From: Oscillatoriales cyanobacterium CG2_30_40_61
Lineage (GTDB): Bacteria > Cyanobacteriota > Cyanobacteriia > Cyanobacteriales > Microcoleaceae
Length of the DNA: 64,000 nucleotides
Assembly: GCA_001873365.1 (NCBI GenBank)
Contig: MNYZ01000093.1
Location: 504 to 64,503, forward strand
Direction: 5' to 3'
Part shown: positions 8,215 through 18,309 of the stretch, in pieces
Position numbering within the stretch: the first letter of the stretch is position 1
Layout: every line of letters begins with the position of its first letter
The notes under the pieces: model-generated
What the model saw: the letters and a program-made list of their open reading frames with translations, nothing else
Databases searched by the model: none
What the model was told of the DNA's origin: nothing
Made by a program: the position numbers and the translations under genes

Positions 8215-10494
8215 ATGTCCGTTTTTCGTAATTTGATGGCTGTGGGAGTGAGTGGAGCAATTACTTTAATCAATGTGGGGCCAGGAACAGCAGTTCCTGC
8301 CCCCGTTGGCTCTCAGGATAATTGGCCCAACTCGAATACAACTCAACCCCAGGGGTTTAAACAAAATCCTACAAAATTGTATCCGACTCCAGCTCAGGTA
8401 GAAGCGGGTCTGGAATTATTGTCCACGGATTCAACATCAACCCCAAAGGAAGATTCTGGCGCTGTAGTCATAGATGCTACGGCACAGAAACCACAACAGA
8501 GTTCTAACTCTACACCGGAAACAGCCCCTATAAACAAAGTGGAAAGCGTTTCTAATCAAACGTCTTTACCCTCAGAAATCCTAAATTCTACTTTTAAGCA
8601 AAATCCTAAAAAATCTCAATTAGGAGTTCCTACTCCTAGCCATCGGATCATCGATAATCTATTGATCACATCGGACTCCGTTACCCGGTCTTCCGCGCCA
8701 TCGGAGGTGTCTGCGCCAGTTTTTAAACAAAATCCTACAAAAATTGCTCAACAGCCCGGATCAAACCCGACGGCATCCACTGTGATTGACACAACAGCAG
8801 ATAGCACCCCAACTCCGACTGCTAGGGTGAACCCCGTCTTTAACTTGCCCCATCCCCTGGGAAATAATTCCCTATCCTCACAAAGCGATACTCTGCAAGA
8901 GATTGAAGTCGCACTACCAAATCCCTCTACCCAAGCTGCCACCCTTACTGATTCTGTAAATAGAGTCCGGCAAGCTCAACCTTCCCAACTGGCTCAGGTC
9001 AGTAGACCTGCCTTGGAGGTTCCTGATCTGACCCCTCCCACGACCCCGTTTCCGCCTCCGACTCCCAACGGCACCTTACAAACTAATCCGCCCCGAATTC
9101 TGCTCCCAAGTAGTGATCCCCTGTATCGACCCACCTTACCGGAACAGGTGAATATTGAGGAAACCGTCCCCGTCACGCTTCAACAAGCGATTGATTTAGC
9201 AATTCGGAATAATGAAAGTATCAGTATTGCTCAACTACAAGTTGAACAAAGCTTGGCGACGTTGAGGGAATCTCAGGCGGCTTTATATCCGAGTTTGGTT
9301 TTTCGTTCGGGTTTTTCTCGCAATGTCTCGGCGGCGGAGGACTTACAAGTTCGCGCTCAAAACCGCGCCCTCCGAGTGGATCGGTTCAACGGTGTTCAGG
9401 GGGCTGACCAGAGGCAATTTCAGACCCGCTATGGAACCTATTCCTTTGATAATTCCTTTCAATTGCAGTACGACTTAGGAATTAATGGCTTGAGAGGAGC
9501 CAGAATTAAAGCCTCAGAAGAACAGTTACGGATTCTGGAATTAAGGTTAGAAACAGCCTTAGAAGAAGTCCGATTTAATGTGGCTCGTGCCTATTACAAT
9601 TTGCAAGAAGCCGATGCGGCGGTGGAAATTCAAGCGGCCGCTGTGCGAAACTCTCAAAAGAGTTTAGATGATGCCGAAGCCCTGGAGCGGGCCGGAGTGG
9701 GAACCCGTTTTGAAGTCTTGCAAGCTCGTGTCACCCTGGCGAATAACCAACAGGATCTGACTAATTCCCGGCGAAGTCAGTTACAAAGTCGGCGGGAATT
9801 GGTGGCGCTTTTGAATATTGATGAAAATACGAATTTATTGGCTGCTGACCCGATTGCTTTGGCGGGAGCTTGGGATTTAACCTTGGAAGAAACTATTGTT
9901 CAAGCCTATCAAAATCGGGCGGAGTTGGAAGAACAGTTAGCCGAACGCGATCGCGCTCAACAGTTACGTCGGGCTGCTCTGGCCGCCACTCGCCCGAATG
10001 TTACGGTGGGGGCTACTTATAACCTCCTGGGTAGAATTAATGATAACCAGGATTACCGGGCTGTACGTGGCTGGGCTGATGGTTATGATGCTCAAGTCCA
10101 GTTGTCTTGGAATTTCTTTGATGGCGGTGCGGCCAAAGCTCAAGCCAGACAGAGGGAATTAGATATTGGTATCGCGGACGAGCGTTTTAATCAGTTACTC
10201 AATCAAATTCGTTTGGATGCCGAACGGGCTTACTATGATCTCCAAGCTAACTTTGATAATATTCAAACCTCTAGTTTGGGGGTTGAGGAAGCAACGGAAG
10301 CCTTACGTTTAGCACGTTTACGGTTTCAAGCCGGGGTAGGAACTCAGTTAGAAGTGATTAACCAGGAAACGGACTTAACCCGTGCCCAAAACCGACTCCT
10401 AAACGCCATCATCAGTTATAACCGCGCTCTATCGGCTCTACAACGGGCTGTCAGTAATCTTCCGGGTAATATTCTGTCGGATTCTCCTTTGTAG
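8215..10494 (+). CDS. TolC family outer-membrane efflux protein with a long low-complexity N-terminal extension
   Basis: TLQQAIDLAIRNN, RFNVARAYYNLQ, ARLRFQAGVGTQLEVI and YNRALSALQRAV are OMF repeat patterns. Confidence 0.9.
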   Translation: MSVFRNLMAVGVSGAITLINVGPGTAVPAPVGSQDNWPNSNTTQPQGFKQNPTKLYPTPAQVEAGLELLSTDSTSTPKEDSGAVVIDATAQKPQQSSNSTPETAPINKVESVSNQTSLPSEILNSTFKQNPKKSQLGVPTPSHRIIDNLLITSDSVTRSSAPSEVSAPVFKQNPTKIAQQPGSNPTASTVIDTTADSTPTPTARVNPVFNLPHPLGNNSLSSQSDTLQEIEVALPNPSTQAATLTDSVNRVRQAQPSQLAQVSRPALEVPDLTPPTTPFPPPTPNGTLQTNPPRILLPSSDPLYRPTLPEQVNIEETVPVTLQQAIDLAIRNNESISIAQLQVEQSLATLRESQAALYPSLVFRSGFSRNVSAAEDLQVRAQNRALRVDRFNGVQGADQRQFQTRYGTYSFDNSFQLQYDLGINGLRGARIKASEEQLRILELRLETALEEVRFNVARAYYNLQEADAAVEIQAAAVRNSQKSLDDAEALERAGVGTRFEVLQARVTLANNQQDLTNSRRSQLQSRRELVALLNIDENTNLLAADPIALAGAWDLTLEETIVQAYQNRAELEEQLAERDRAQQLRRAALAATRPNVTVGATYNLLGRINDNQDYRAVRGWADGYDAQVQLSWNFFDGGAAKAQARQRELDIGIADERFNQLLNQIRLDAERAYYDLQANFDNIQTSSLGVEEATEALRLARLRFQAGVGTQLEVINQETDLTRAQNRLLNAIISYNRALSALQRAVSNLPGNILSDSPL

Positions 10495-10561
10495 TGTTGA
10501 AATGTTAACTTTTTGTAATAATTGGAAAGGGACGCTATGTTAATGCAGCTAGGACATCAAA

Positions 10562-10870
10562 ATGGGTAATATCAGATTCGTTAGTGAAAACAAGGAAATT
10601 ATTGCTGCGGATGGGGCAAATCTTAGACTTAAAGCCCTAGAAAACCAGATTGACTTATATACCTTCACGGGCAAAATGATGAATTGTGGGGGTTATGGTC
10701 AGTGTGGGACTTGTATTGTGGAAATTGTTGAAGGGATTGATAATCTCCCGCCCCGCACGGAGGCTGAAGCCCGCATTCTCAAGAAAAAACCCGATAGCTA
10801 TAGATTAGCCTGCCAAACTATTGTTAATGGCCCTATTAGTGTTCAAACTAAACCCCAAAAGCGCAAGTAA
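10562..10870 (+). CDS. 2Fe-2S ferredoxin-like protein
   Basis: [11 protein letters not shown] and RLACQ. Confidence 0.9.
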   Translation: MGNIRFVSENKEIIAADGANLRLKALENQIDLYTFTGKMMNCGGYGQCGTCIVEIVEGIDNLPPRTEAEARILKKKPDSYRLACQTIVNGPISVQTKPQKRK

Positions 10871-10892
10871 TGGGTAATGGGTAATAGGTAAT
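10869..10892. repeat. STRR-type heptamer tandem repeat (GGTAATG/GGTAATA)
   Basis: taatgggtaatgggtaataggtaata. Related tracts occur near 52128-52160 (complement strand) and 53207-53222. Confidence 0.75.
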
Positions 10893-11041
10893 ACAAACAG
10901 TTTACCTCTGGGACTTGATCTCGAACCTTTCGGGGTCATGTCGACCGAGAAACCGGGTTTTTTAGATAATATGTGGGTCATAACTAAGTATTTTCGGAAA
11001 AAAACCCGGTTTCTTTGGTTGGGTGCGTAAGTTCTAAACCC

Positions 11042-11974
11042 TTAAAATAAAATTGAATTTTTTCGCACTTCTGGGGGTTCGGGTTTAATCCGTAAATCTT
11101 CAATCAGTTGGTGGAGATGATCGGAATTTGCCTGATACATTTCCCCACAAAATTCACATTTTGCTTCCGCCCCATTATCTTTTTCAATCATATCTTGAAG
11201 TTCTTCCATCCCGAACATTTTTAAAGCCCCTAATACCCGTTCAAAAGAACAACTACAATCAAACCGAACTAATTGAGATTCGGGTAAAATCACTAACCCA
11301 ATATCTCCTAATAATTCTTGCAAAATATCCGGTAAGGTTTTATGAGCTCTTAATAAGGGAGTAAACCCGGATAAACTTGCCACCCGGGATTCTAACTTGG
11401 CTATTAGTTCCTCATCCGTTGCCGCTTTGGGTAGGACTTGTAATAATAAACCCCCGGCCGCTTGTACTCCTTGTTTATCCACAAATACCCCTAAAATTAA
11501 AGCTGAAGGAGTCTGTTCAGAATTAGCTAAATAGTGGGTAATATCATCACCAATTTCACCAGAAACTAATTCAACCGTACTCGTATAGGGATAGCCATAA
11601 CCCACATCTCGCACCACCCGCACATAACCATTCTGGCCCACAGCCCCACCGACATCCAATTTGCCTAGGGAATTGGGCGGTAATTCTACCTCCGGGTTGC
11701 CCACATAACCCCGGACAGTCCCATTTAAACCCGCATCTACTAACACCCCATCCAATGGCCCATCGCCTTTGATGCGGATATTAACTCGGGAGGTGGGTCG
11801 TTTCATACTCGATGCTAGGAGCAACCCGGCGGCCATGGTGCGCCCCAGGGCTGCGGTTGCCACATAAGATAGTTTGTGTCTTTGTCTGGCTTCTTCCGTC
11901 AGACGGGTGGTAATCACTCCCACAGCCCGAATACCGCCCTCTGCCGCCGTTGCCCGAATCAGTTGATCTGCCAT
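11042..11974 (-). CDS. hslO: Hsp33 redox-regulated chaperone
   Basis: ADQLIRA, ALGRTMAAGLLL, LVSGEIGDDITHYLANSEQTPS and the zinc motif CSCS...CEFC. Confidence 0.95.
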   Translation of the reverse strand: MADQLIRATAAEGGIRAVGVITTRLTEEARQRHKLSYVATAALGRTMAAGLLLASSMKRPTSRVNIRIKGDGPLDGVLVDAGLNGTVRGYVGNPEVELPPNSLGKLDVGGAVGQNGYVRVVRDVGYGYPYTSTVELVSGEIGDDITHYLANSEQTPSALILGVFVDKQGVQAAGGLLLQVLPKAATDEELIAKLESRVASLSGFTPLLRAHKTLPDILQELLGDIGLVILPESQLVRFDCSCSFERVLGALKMFGMEELQDMIEKDNGAEAKCEFCGEMYQANSDHLHQLIEDLRIKPEPPEVRKNSILF

Positions 11975-12149
11975 GTTTAGAGTTTTTAACAATTTGTACC
12001 TGCTCCTATTTTAATTTTTTCTGGGATCGGGTGTTAGGAGTCAGTCAAGATTGATTTCGATTTGATATAATCAATGGTCATTATTGCATTAGTTTTGGCG
12101 ATCAAAACCTTTGAATCTATCATTAGAGATAATTTAGACCTAAATTATT

Positions 12150-12416
12150 ATGAGTCAAAAAATTAGTAATTCCATTCCAAGTTGTGACCCGTTAATTCTC
12201 AATGATGAAGTTTGGTTAGGGGTTCAGTCTGTTGCAGAAAGTTTAGAAGTTTCTATTCCTGAACTTTTAGAAAAAATTAGTTCCCAGCAATTGATTGTAA
12301 TTGAAGCGGAAAAATTGGAAGACTTGTTAGATACAATTGATGGATTAGAGGGACTATTATCAGCAGAAACAGAAGGAACCGTTCCTTGGGAAGATATTAA
12401 AGCCGAACTAAGTTAA
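12150..12416 (+). CDS. Putative type II antitoxin (acidic, ribbon-helix-helix/HTH-like N-terminus)
   Basis: Small acidic ORF 4 bp upstream of a RelE-type toxin. It ends in EGTVPWEDIKAEL, a tail typical of RelE/ParE partner antitoxins. Confidence 0.7.
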   Translation: MSQKISNSIPSCDPLILNDEVWLGVQSVAESLEVSIPELLEKISSQQLIVIEAEKLEDLLDTIDGLEGLLSAETEGTVPWEDIKAELS

Positions 12417-12420
12417 GTGG

Positions 12421-12678
12421 ATGTACAGAATACAGTTTTCTAAAAAAGCCCAGCGTCAATTCAGGGCTTTGCCTCAACTTGTTCAAGAACAACTTCAACC
12501 CAAAATTGACGCTTTATCAATTAATCCTAGACCTTTTGGTATAAAAGCCTTACAAGGAAGAAAAGGATTGTTGCGTTTACGAGCGGGCGATTATAGAGTA
12601 ATTTATCAAATTGAAGATGACCTTCTCATTGTTTTAATTGTTGAAGTAGGTCATAGACGGGAAGTATATAGAAACTAA
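12421..12678 (+). CDS. Type II toxin, RelE/ParE family
   Basis: MYRIQFSKKAQRQF...PRPFGIKALQG...RLRAGDYRVIYQI...VEVGHRREVY. Confidence 0.92.
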   Translation: MYRIQFSKKAQRQFRALPQLVQEQLQPKIDALSINPRPFGIKALQGRKGLLRLRAGDYRVIYQIEDDLLIVLIVEVGHRREVYRN

Positions 12679-12761
12679 AATTTTTGATCTAATTACCTAA
12701 ATTTTTCATAACAAATGTTATAATCAAAAAATTAACAGTTATTAAAACCTGTAAAATTATT

Positions 12762-13157
12762 ATGCTCGGTACGTTCCAACACAGTAGTATCCGTATTGAA
12801 GTCAATGCCAAAGAAGCTGATATTCGAGACAGTTTATTACGTCCGAGTCAGTTGCAAAAATGGTTATGGCCGCAACGGTTTGACCCCGGACTTCCTGAAC
12901 AATTTCAACCCGGATTAACTTTTACCAGTTTCCTTGGCCCGGTGAAAGTTCAACATTATGTTGATGTCAGCCAACCTAATTGTTTAAGACTTTTATTAAG
13001 TCACGGAATTGATGGTTTTCATGAGTGGTATTGGGGAGAAGGTTGGGTACAATCTCGTTTAGAAGGAATTTCTATACTACCTTTGAATTTAGGTCAAACC
13101 CTTAGTTTAATCCAGTTACGCGAGTTTCTATCTCGGAAAAATATACCACAGAATTAG
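12762..13157 (+). CDS. Conserved cyanobacterial hypothetical protein (possibly SRPBCC-like fold)
   Basis: Clean ATG-started ORF with GIDGFHEWYWGEGWVQSRLEG. No function can be assigned. Confidence 0.65.
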   Translation: MLGTFQHSSIRIEVNAKEADIRDSLLRPSQLQKWLWPQRFDPGLPEQFQPGLTFTSFLGPVKVQHYVDVSQPNCLRLLLSHGIDGFHEWYWGEGWVQSRLEGISILPLNLGQTLSLIQLREFLSRKNIPQN

Positions 13158-13160
13158 TTT

Positions 13161-13928
13161 TTATAAAACCGATAAAAAGGTTTTAATCCCTAATCCTAAA
13201 ACCGCTAACATAAACAATCGTTTGATCCAAATATTACTCAGATTAAGAGCAATTTTTGCTCCTAATATTCCCCCGAAAAACATGGCTAAACTTAGCACAA
13301 TTCCTAATTGATAATTAACCAGTCCATAAAAGATAAAAATTAGAGTAGCAACTAGGGAGGAAAACAGATTAATAACTTTGGTAATGGCGACCGCTTCTAG
13401 GAAAGTTTGATGAAATAGCATCACATAACTCGCCGTTAGTAGGGTGACATAACCCCCACTAAAAAAACCTCCATAAATTCCTAATAAAAAAGTGACTAAA
13501 TATCCTAAAGTTTTTGATAAATTTGAGGGGGGTTTGGTCTGGGGTTTAACTCCGGTTTGGGGGTTGAAAAATACAAAAATTGCGATCGCCACCATCAACA
13601 CAGAAATTAACAAAGATAGGGTATTTTTGGAAACGCTAAAAACCAAAAAAGCCCCTAAAATTGAACCGAATATTGTTAAAATAATTAAACTGGATAAACC
13701 TTCAGTATTGAGTTTTTTTGCCCTAATAAAAGGAATAGTTCCCCCTAAACTCAAAAAGGTTAACGCTAACATATTTGTCGCGATCGCCACATCCGGTTCT
13801 ATTCCCATTTGTAACATCACGGGAACAGTAATTAGAGAAGTACAACCCGTGACCACACTAATTACTCCCGTACCAAAAAAAACCAAACTTAGAGTTAATA
13901 AAAGGATTGGCGTGAGTAAATTTTCCAT
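13161..13928 (-). CDS. Sulfite exporter TauE/SafE family membrane protein
   Basis: Multiple TM helices, AIATN and GIYGGFFSGGYV. Confidence 0.85.
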   Translation of the reverse strand: MENLLTPILLLTLSLVFFGTGVISVVTGCTSLITVPVMLQMGIEPDVAIATNMLALTFLSLGGTIPFIRAKKLNTEGLSSLIILTIFGSILGAFLVFSVSKNTLSLLISVLMVAIAIFVFFNPQTGVKPQTKPPSNLSKTLGYLVTFLLGIYGGFFSGGYVTLLTASYVMLFHQTFLEAVAITKVINLFSSLVATLIFIFYGLVNYQLGIVLSLAMFFGGILGAKIALNLSNIWIKRLFMLAVLGLGIKTFLSVL

Positions 13929-13973
13929 CCTAATATTTTTACGCTTTGTGGGGGTTTGTAAGTCCTATTCCAT

Positions 13974-15053
13974 TCACGCCACAACCGAATGTTCAGGACG
14001 GGCAAAAATCATCCGACCTGCGGAAGTTTGCAGAGAACTGGTAACAATAACTCGCACCTGATCTCCCACATATTCGCTCCCCGCTTCCACCACCACCATT
14101 GTACCATCATCTAAATAACCAATCCCCTGGGAGGGTTCTTTACCTTCCTTTCTAATTTTCAAATCAATAATATCCCCGGGTAAATAGGAGGGACGAATTG
14201 CTTGCACCAAATCATTAATATTCAAAACTGGAACTTGTTGTACCGTTGCCACTTTGGATAAATTATAATCATTGGTTAATAGAGTTCCATTGATTTCTTG
14301 AGCAAATCGGACTAATTTAGCATCAACGGTTTGGGCTTCTTCATAATCAATAGGATGAATCGAAATCTGATCGGGATATTCTTCCCGCAGGCGATTTAAA
14401 ATATCTAATCCTCGCCGTCCTCGCACCCGCTTTTGATCGTTAGCCGCGTCAGCAACTAATTGTAACTCCTGTAAAATAAACTGGGGGACTAAAATTTGAC
14501 CCTCAATAAACCCTGTTTCTAACAAACTTTCAATCCGACCATCAATAATACAACTGGTATCAATTACTTTGGTATAAGCAGGTTTTAGAGTGCCTTCTGC
14601 CAATAACATTGAGTCTAAACTACCCGGATTAATAATTCTCAAGAATGCCCGTCCGTGGGTATCCGCTAAATTAACGCCCGTAAACCCAAACATGGCACTA
14701 CATAACAGTGCAAACAGAGGTTTGATAAACCCAAATTCCCGGGGAATAGGCAATAAAAATAACGGCGCTAACATTAAATTAGCGACTAATAATCCAATTA
14801 CCAAACCAATAGCACGAGTGATCAATACATCAAGAGGCATCTGGCGCACTTGTTCTTCTAGGCGGCGGTAGGTGGTTTGCACCACTAAACCGATGACACC
14901 TCCGATTAAAGCAGTAAATGCACCCGTAACCGATCGCAGTCCTTCGATATTTGTGACTTGATCGAGTACGGGTTTCGGAAGCAATTCAATGCCGTAGAAG
15001 CCCGTCCCAGCACCAGCTATTATGAATAAAATAATAATGATTGCATCTAGCAT
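13974..15053 (-). CDS. PIN/TRAM domain membrane protein (YacL-like)
   Basis: N-terminal TM helices, DTSCIIDGRI, RGRRGLDIL, LLTNDYNL and QGIGYLDDGTMVVVE. Confidence 0.92.
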   Translation of the reverse strand: MLDAIIIILFIIAGAGTGFYGIELLPKPVLDQVTNIEGLRSVTGAFTALIGGVIGLVVQTTYRRLEEQVRQMPLDVLITRAIGLVIGLLVANLMLAPLFLLPIPREFGFIKPLFALLCSAMFGFTGVNLADTHGRAFLRIINPGSLDSMLLAEGTLKPAYTKVIDTSCIIDGRIESLLETGFIEGQILVPQFILQELQLVADAANDQKRVRGRRGLDILNRLREEYPDQISIHPIDYEEAQTVDAKLVRFAQEINGTLLTNDYNLSKVATVQQVPVLNINDLVQAIRPSYLPGDIIDLKIRKEGKEPSQGIGYLDDGTMVVVEAGSEYVGDQVRVIVTSSLQTSAGRMIFARPEHSVVA

Positions 15054-15303
15054 GATTTTAAGCCGATGGAAGTGGTTTAGAAATCCCGTTAAGGATATCT
15101 GTGAGTTTGTGTACCATTATATCTTCTGTGGTAAACCTAATTGGGATTCGACCGTTAGGGAAAACCGACCCCACTTATTCACCGGACTCCATTATTGTCT
15201 ATAACCACCGCCGACTGTTAATTATAGGCAAAATTTAGATGCAGAAACTCCCCCACTTCTTCACAAAAACTTTAGAATTTGCTGTACAGCAATCTTAAAT
15301 AAG

Positions 15304-16578
15304 ATGAATGATTCCTCGATTGTTACTAACTCTGAATCCTCTTTTCCCTGTTTAGAATCGCCAACCTCCGCCTATTTACACATTCCGTTTTGTCGTCGCC
15401 GTTGTTTTTACTGTGATTTTGCTGTGTCGGTGGTAGGCGATCGCAAACATGGGGATAATTCCACCATGATTCAAGACTATGTAAAAATATTATGTCAAGA
15501 AATTGCCCAAGAATCGGTTTCTGCTAATATTTCTCCTTTGAAAACTGTTTTCTTTGGCGGGGGAACTCCTTCCTTATTATCGGTTAATCAGTTAGGAGAA
15601 ATTTTACATTTAGTGGATAAAAAATTAGGCATTGCCACGAATGCAGAAATTTCAATGGAAGTAGACCCCGGCACTTTTGATCAAGAAAAATTGCAAGGTT
15701 TTCTTGATTTAGGAGTAAATCGAATTAGTTTAGGAGTGCAAGTATTTCAGGATAAACTCTTAGAATTAGCCGGGCGATCGCATACTGTTGATGAAATTTT
15801 TTCAGCTATTAATATTATAGAAAAAACCGGGATTAAAAACTGGAGTTTAGATTTAATTTCCGGTTTACCCGAACAAACCTTAGAATCTTGGGAATATTCA
15901 TTAAAAACCCTATTAAAAATTAACCCCAATCATATCTCAATTTACGACCTAATCGTCGAAGATAAAACCCCCTTTTCTCGATATTATACTCCGGGTGAAT
16001 CTCCCTTACCAACGGAAGCAGCCACCGCCCAAATGTATCGTTTAGCTCAACAACTCTTAACACAAGCTGGATATGAACATTATGAAATTTCTAACTATGC
16101 CAAACCCGGATTTCAATGTCAACATAATTTAGTCTACTGGAAAAAACAACCCTATTATGGTTTTGGTATGGGAGCGGCAAGTTATCTTCAGGGTTATCGC
16201 TTAACTCGACCACGAAAACGACAAGAATATTATGACTGGGTTAATGGTAATTATTTATATGATATTGCTGAATTTGTCGATACAACCCAAGAAAAATTAT
16301 TAGAAATATTAATGTTAGGATTCCGGTTAGCAGAAGGAATTAATTTAGAATATCTATCCCAACAATTTGGAGCCAAAACCCTATCCCAAATATTAACACT
16401 ATTAATACCCTTTCATCAACAAGGATTAGTTCAATTTTTAGATATCCAGAAACAACCTATTTCTAACACCATTAAACCCGAATTAAATCAAGGGTTTATG
16501 CGATTCACAGATCCCGATGGTTTCTTAGTTTCCAATCAAATTTTATCTACATTATTTGCAGAATTAAGTGATCTGTAG
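15304..16578 (+). CDS. hemW: Radical SAM heme chaperone HemW (HemN-like)
   Basis: AYLHIPFCRRRCFYCDF, FFGGGTPS, YEHYEISNY and HNLVYW. Confidence 0.9.
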   Translation: MNDSSIVTNSESSFPCLESPTSAYLHIPFCRRRCFYCDFAVSVVGDRKHGDNSTMIQDYVKILCQEIAQESVSANISPLKTVFFGGGTPSLLSVNQLGEILHLVDKKLGIATNAEISMEVDPGTFDQEKLQGFLDLGVNRISLGVQVFQDKLLELAGRSHTVDEIFSAINIIEKTGIKNWSLDLISGLPEQTLESWEYSLKTLLKINPNHISIYDLIVEDKTPFSRYYTPGESPLPTEAATAQMYRLAQQLLTQAGYEHYEISNYAKPGFQCQHNLVYWKKQPYYGFGMGAASYLQGYRLTRPRKRQEYYDWVNGNYLYDIAEFVDTTQEKLLEILMLGFRLAEGINLEYLSQQFGAKTLSQILTLLIPFHQQGLVQFLDIQKQPISNTIKPELNQGFMRFTDPDGFLVSNQILSTLFAELSDL

Positions 16579-16601
16579 CTAAGGTTGCATCCTATTCTTT
16601 T

Positions 16602-16627
16602 TCTTTGTGTCTTTGTGTCTTTGTGGT
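16602..16627. repeat. (CTTTGTGT)n-GGTT repeat; a second copy at about 18273-18300, so the pair flanks purF
   Basis: ctttgtgtctttgtgtctttgtggtt and ctttgtgtctccgtgtctttgtggtt. Confidence 0.7.
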
Positions 16628-16677
16628 TAAATAAATATATAAACCGGGTTTCTTAGGTCAGAAATCCGGTTTATAAG

Positions 16678-18156
16678 TTAAACCGTTATCGATTTCTCCA
16701 ATATCAATTTAGAGCGTTTCACCTTTTCAGGAATATCAATCGGATAATTCCCGGTAAAACACGCCGAACAGAAAGTAGTAGTATCTTCCCCCGTCGCGAT
16801 TAACATTCCTTCCCAACTCAAATAAGCTAAAGTATCAACCTCAATTTGTTGACGAATTTCCTCAACGGATTTGGTCGCCGCAATTAATTGTTCCTGACTA
16901 TCGGTATCAATCCCATAAAAACAAGGATGAGTGACTGGAGGAGAAGAAATTCTCATGTGAACTTCCTTAGCACCCGCATCCCGCAGCGCCTTCACAATTT
17001 TGCGGCTTGTAGTCCCTCGGACAATCGAATCATCCACCATAATCACCCGTTTGCCTTCCAAGACATCCCTTAACGGGTTTAACTTCATTCGAATCCCCGA
17101 CTCCCGCATACTTTGGGTCGGTTGAATAAACGTCCGACCCACATAACGGTTTTTAATTAATCCCTCAGCAAAAGGAATCCCCGACTCTTGAGAAAATCCA
17201 ATCGCCGCCGGAATTCCCGAATCAGGAACACCGATCACAATATCCGCATCAATAAACGATTCTCTAGCTAAAATCCGTCCGATTTCCAAACGATAACTAT
17301 ACAGACTTTCGCCACACATCACACTATCAGGACGGGCAAAATAAATCATCTCAAAAACACATAATTTCCGCGCTGGTTTAGGACTCCAGTGGAAAGATGA
17401 CATCCCTTCCTCCGTGATCCAAACCAATTCCCCCGGTTCCACATCCCGCAGATATTCCGCTCCAATAATATCTAATCCACAGGTTTCCGACGCTAAAACA
17501 TACCGTTGGGGACTCGTCGGTAAAATTCCAATCACTAACGGCCGGATTCCATTCGGGTCACGAACTCCCATCATCCCTTTAGGAGTCCCAATCACTAAAC
17601 TATAGGCCCCCCGGCACTGAGTAAAAGCACTTAACGCCCCTTCTAACCAGTCTTTGCCATTATTCACTTCCGAAGCGATCGCTAAAGCAATCATTTCGCT
17701 ATCCGTCGTAGTCAGAAAATCACATTGCCGCCGGGTTAGTTCCTCACGCAATTCACCCGTATTGACTAAATTACCATTATGTGCTAGAGCCAGGGAACCC
17801 AGACGGGTTGAAACCACCGCCGGTTGAGCATTCACCCGACGGCTCGATCCCGTCGTAGAATAGCGGGTATGACCGACAGCCAGATTCCCGGTTAAGCTAT
17901 TTAAAATAGTTTCATTAAACACCTGGGAGACTAATCCCATCTCCTTATACAAATGCACCGTTTCGCCATCAAAAGTAGCGATTCCGGCGGATTCTTGGCC
18001 CCGGTGTTGCAGCGCGTACAGACCAAAATAAGTAAGTTTGGCCACATCCTCCCCTGGAGCATACACCCCAAAGACACCACAAGCTTCTTCTGGTTTATCA
18101 GGTCGGTCGGGCTCAACCTGGGCAGACTGGGGATCAAGGGAATCGTTTGGAATCAT
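16678..18156 (-). CDS. purF: Amidophosphoribosyltransferase
   Basis: EEACGVFG, LQHRGQESAG, GHTRYST, AHNGN and VDDSIVRGTT. The ATG at 18156 is the likely start. Confidence 0.97.
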   Translation of the reverse strand: MIPNDSLDPQSAQVEPDRPDKPEEACGVFGVYAPGEDVAKLTYFGLYALQHRGQESAGIATFDGETVHLYKEMGLVSQVFNETILNSLTGNLAVGHTRYSTTGSSRRVNAQPAVVSTRLGSLALAHNGNLVNTGELREELTRRQCDFLTTTDSEMIALAIASEVNNGKDWLEGALSAFTQCRGAYSLVIGTPKGMMGVRDPNGIRPLVIGILPTSPQRYVLASETCGLDIIGAEYLRDVEPGELVWITEEGMSSFHWSPKPARKLCVFEMIYFARPDSVMCGESLYSYRLEIGRILARESFIDADIVIGVPDSGIPAAIGFSQESGIPFAEGLIKNRYVGRTFIQPTQSMRESGIRMKLNPLRDVLEGKRVIMVDDSIVRGTTSRKIVKALRDAGAKEVHMRISSPPVTHPCFYGIDTDSQEQLIAATKSVEEIRQQIEVDTLAYLSWEGMLIATGEDTTTFCSACFTGNYPIDIPEKVKRSKLILEKSITV

Positions 18157-18309
18157 TTTAAGGTTTTGCTCCTGATTAGCAAAGTCAGATGGTGGAATTG
18201 ATTTAAAAGTTAATATTCCCTTAATCTTATCCCCTTTTACCTGAAATCGCAACAAAACCCACCTCTTAAGTCTTCTTTGTGTCTCCGTGTCTTTGTGGTT
18301 AAATTCCCC

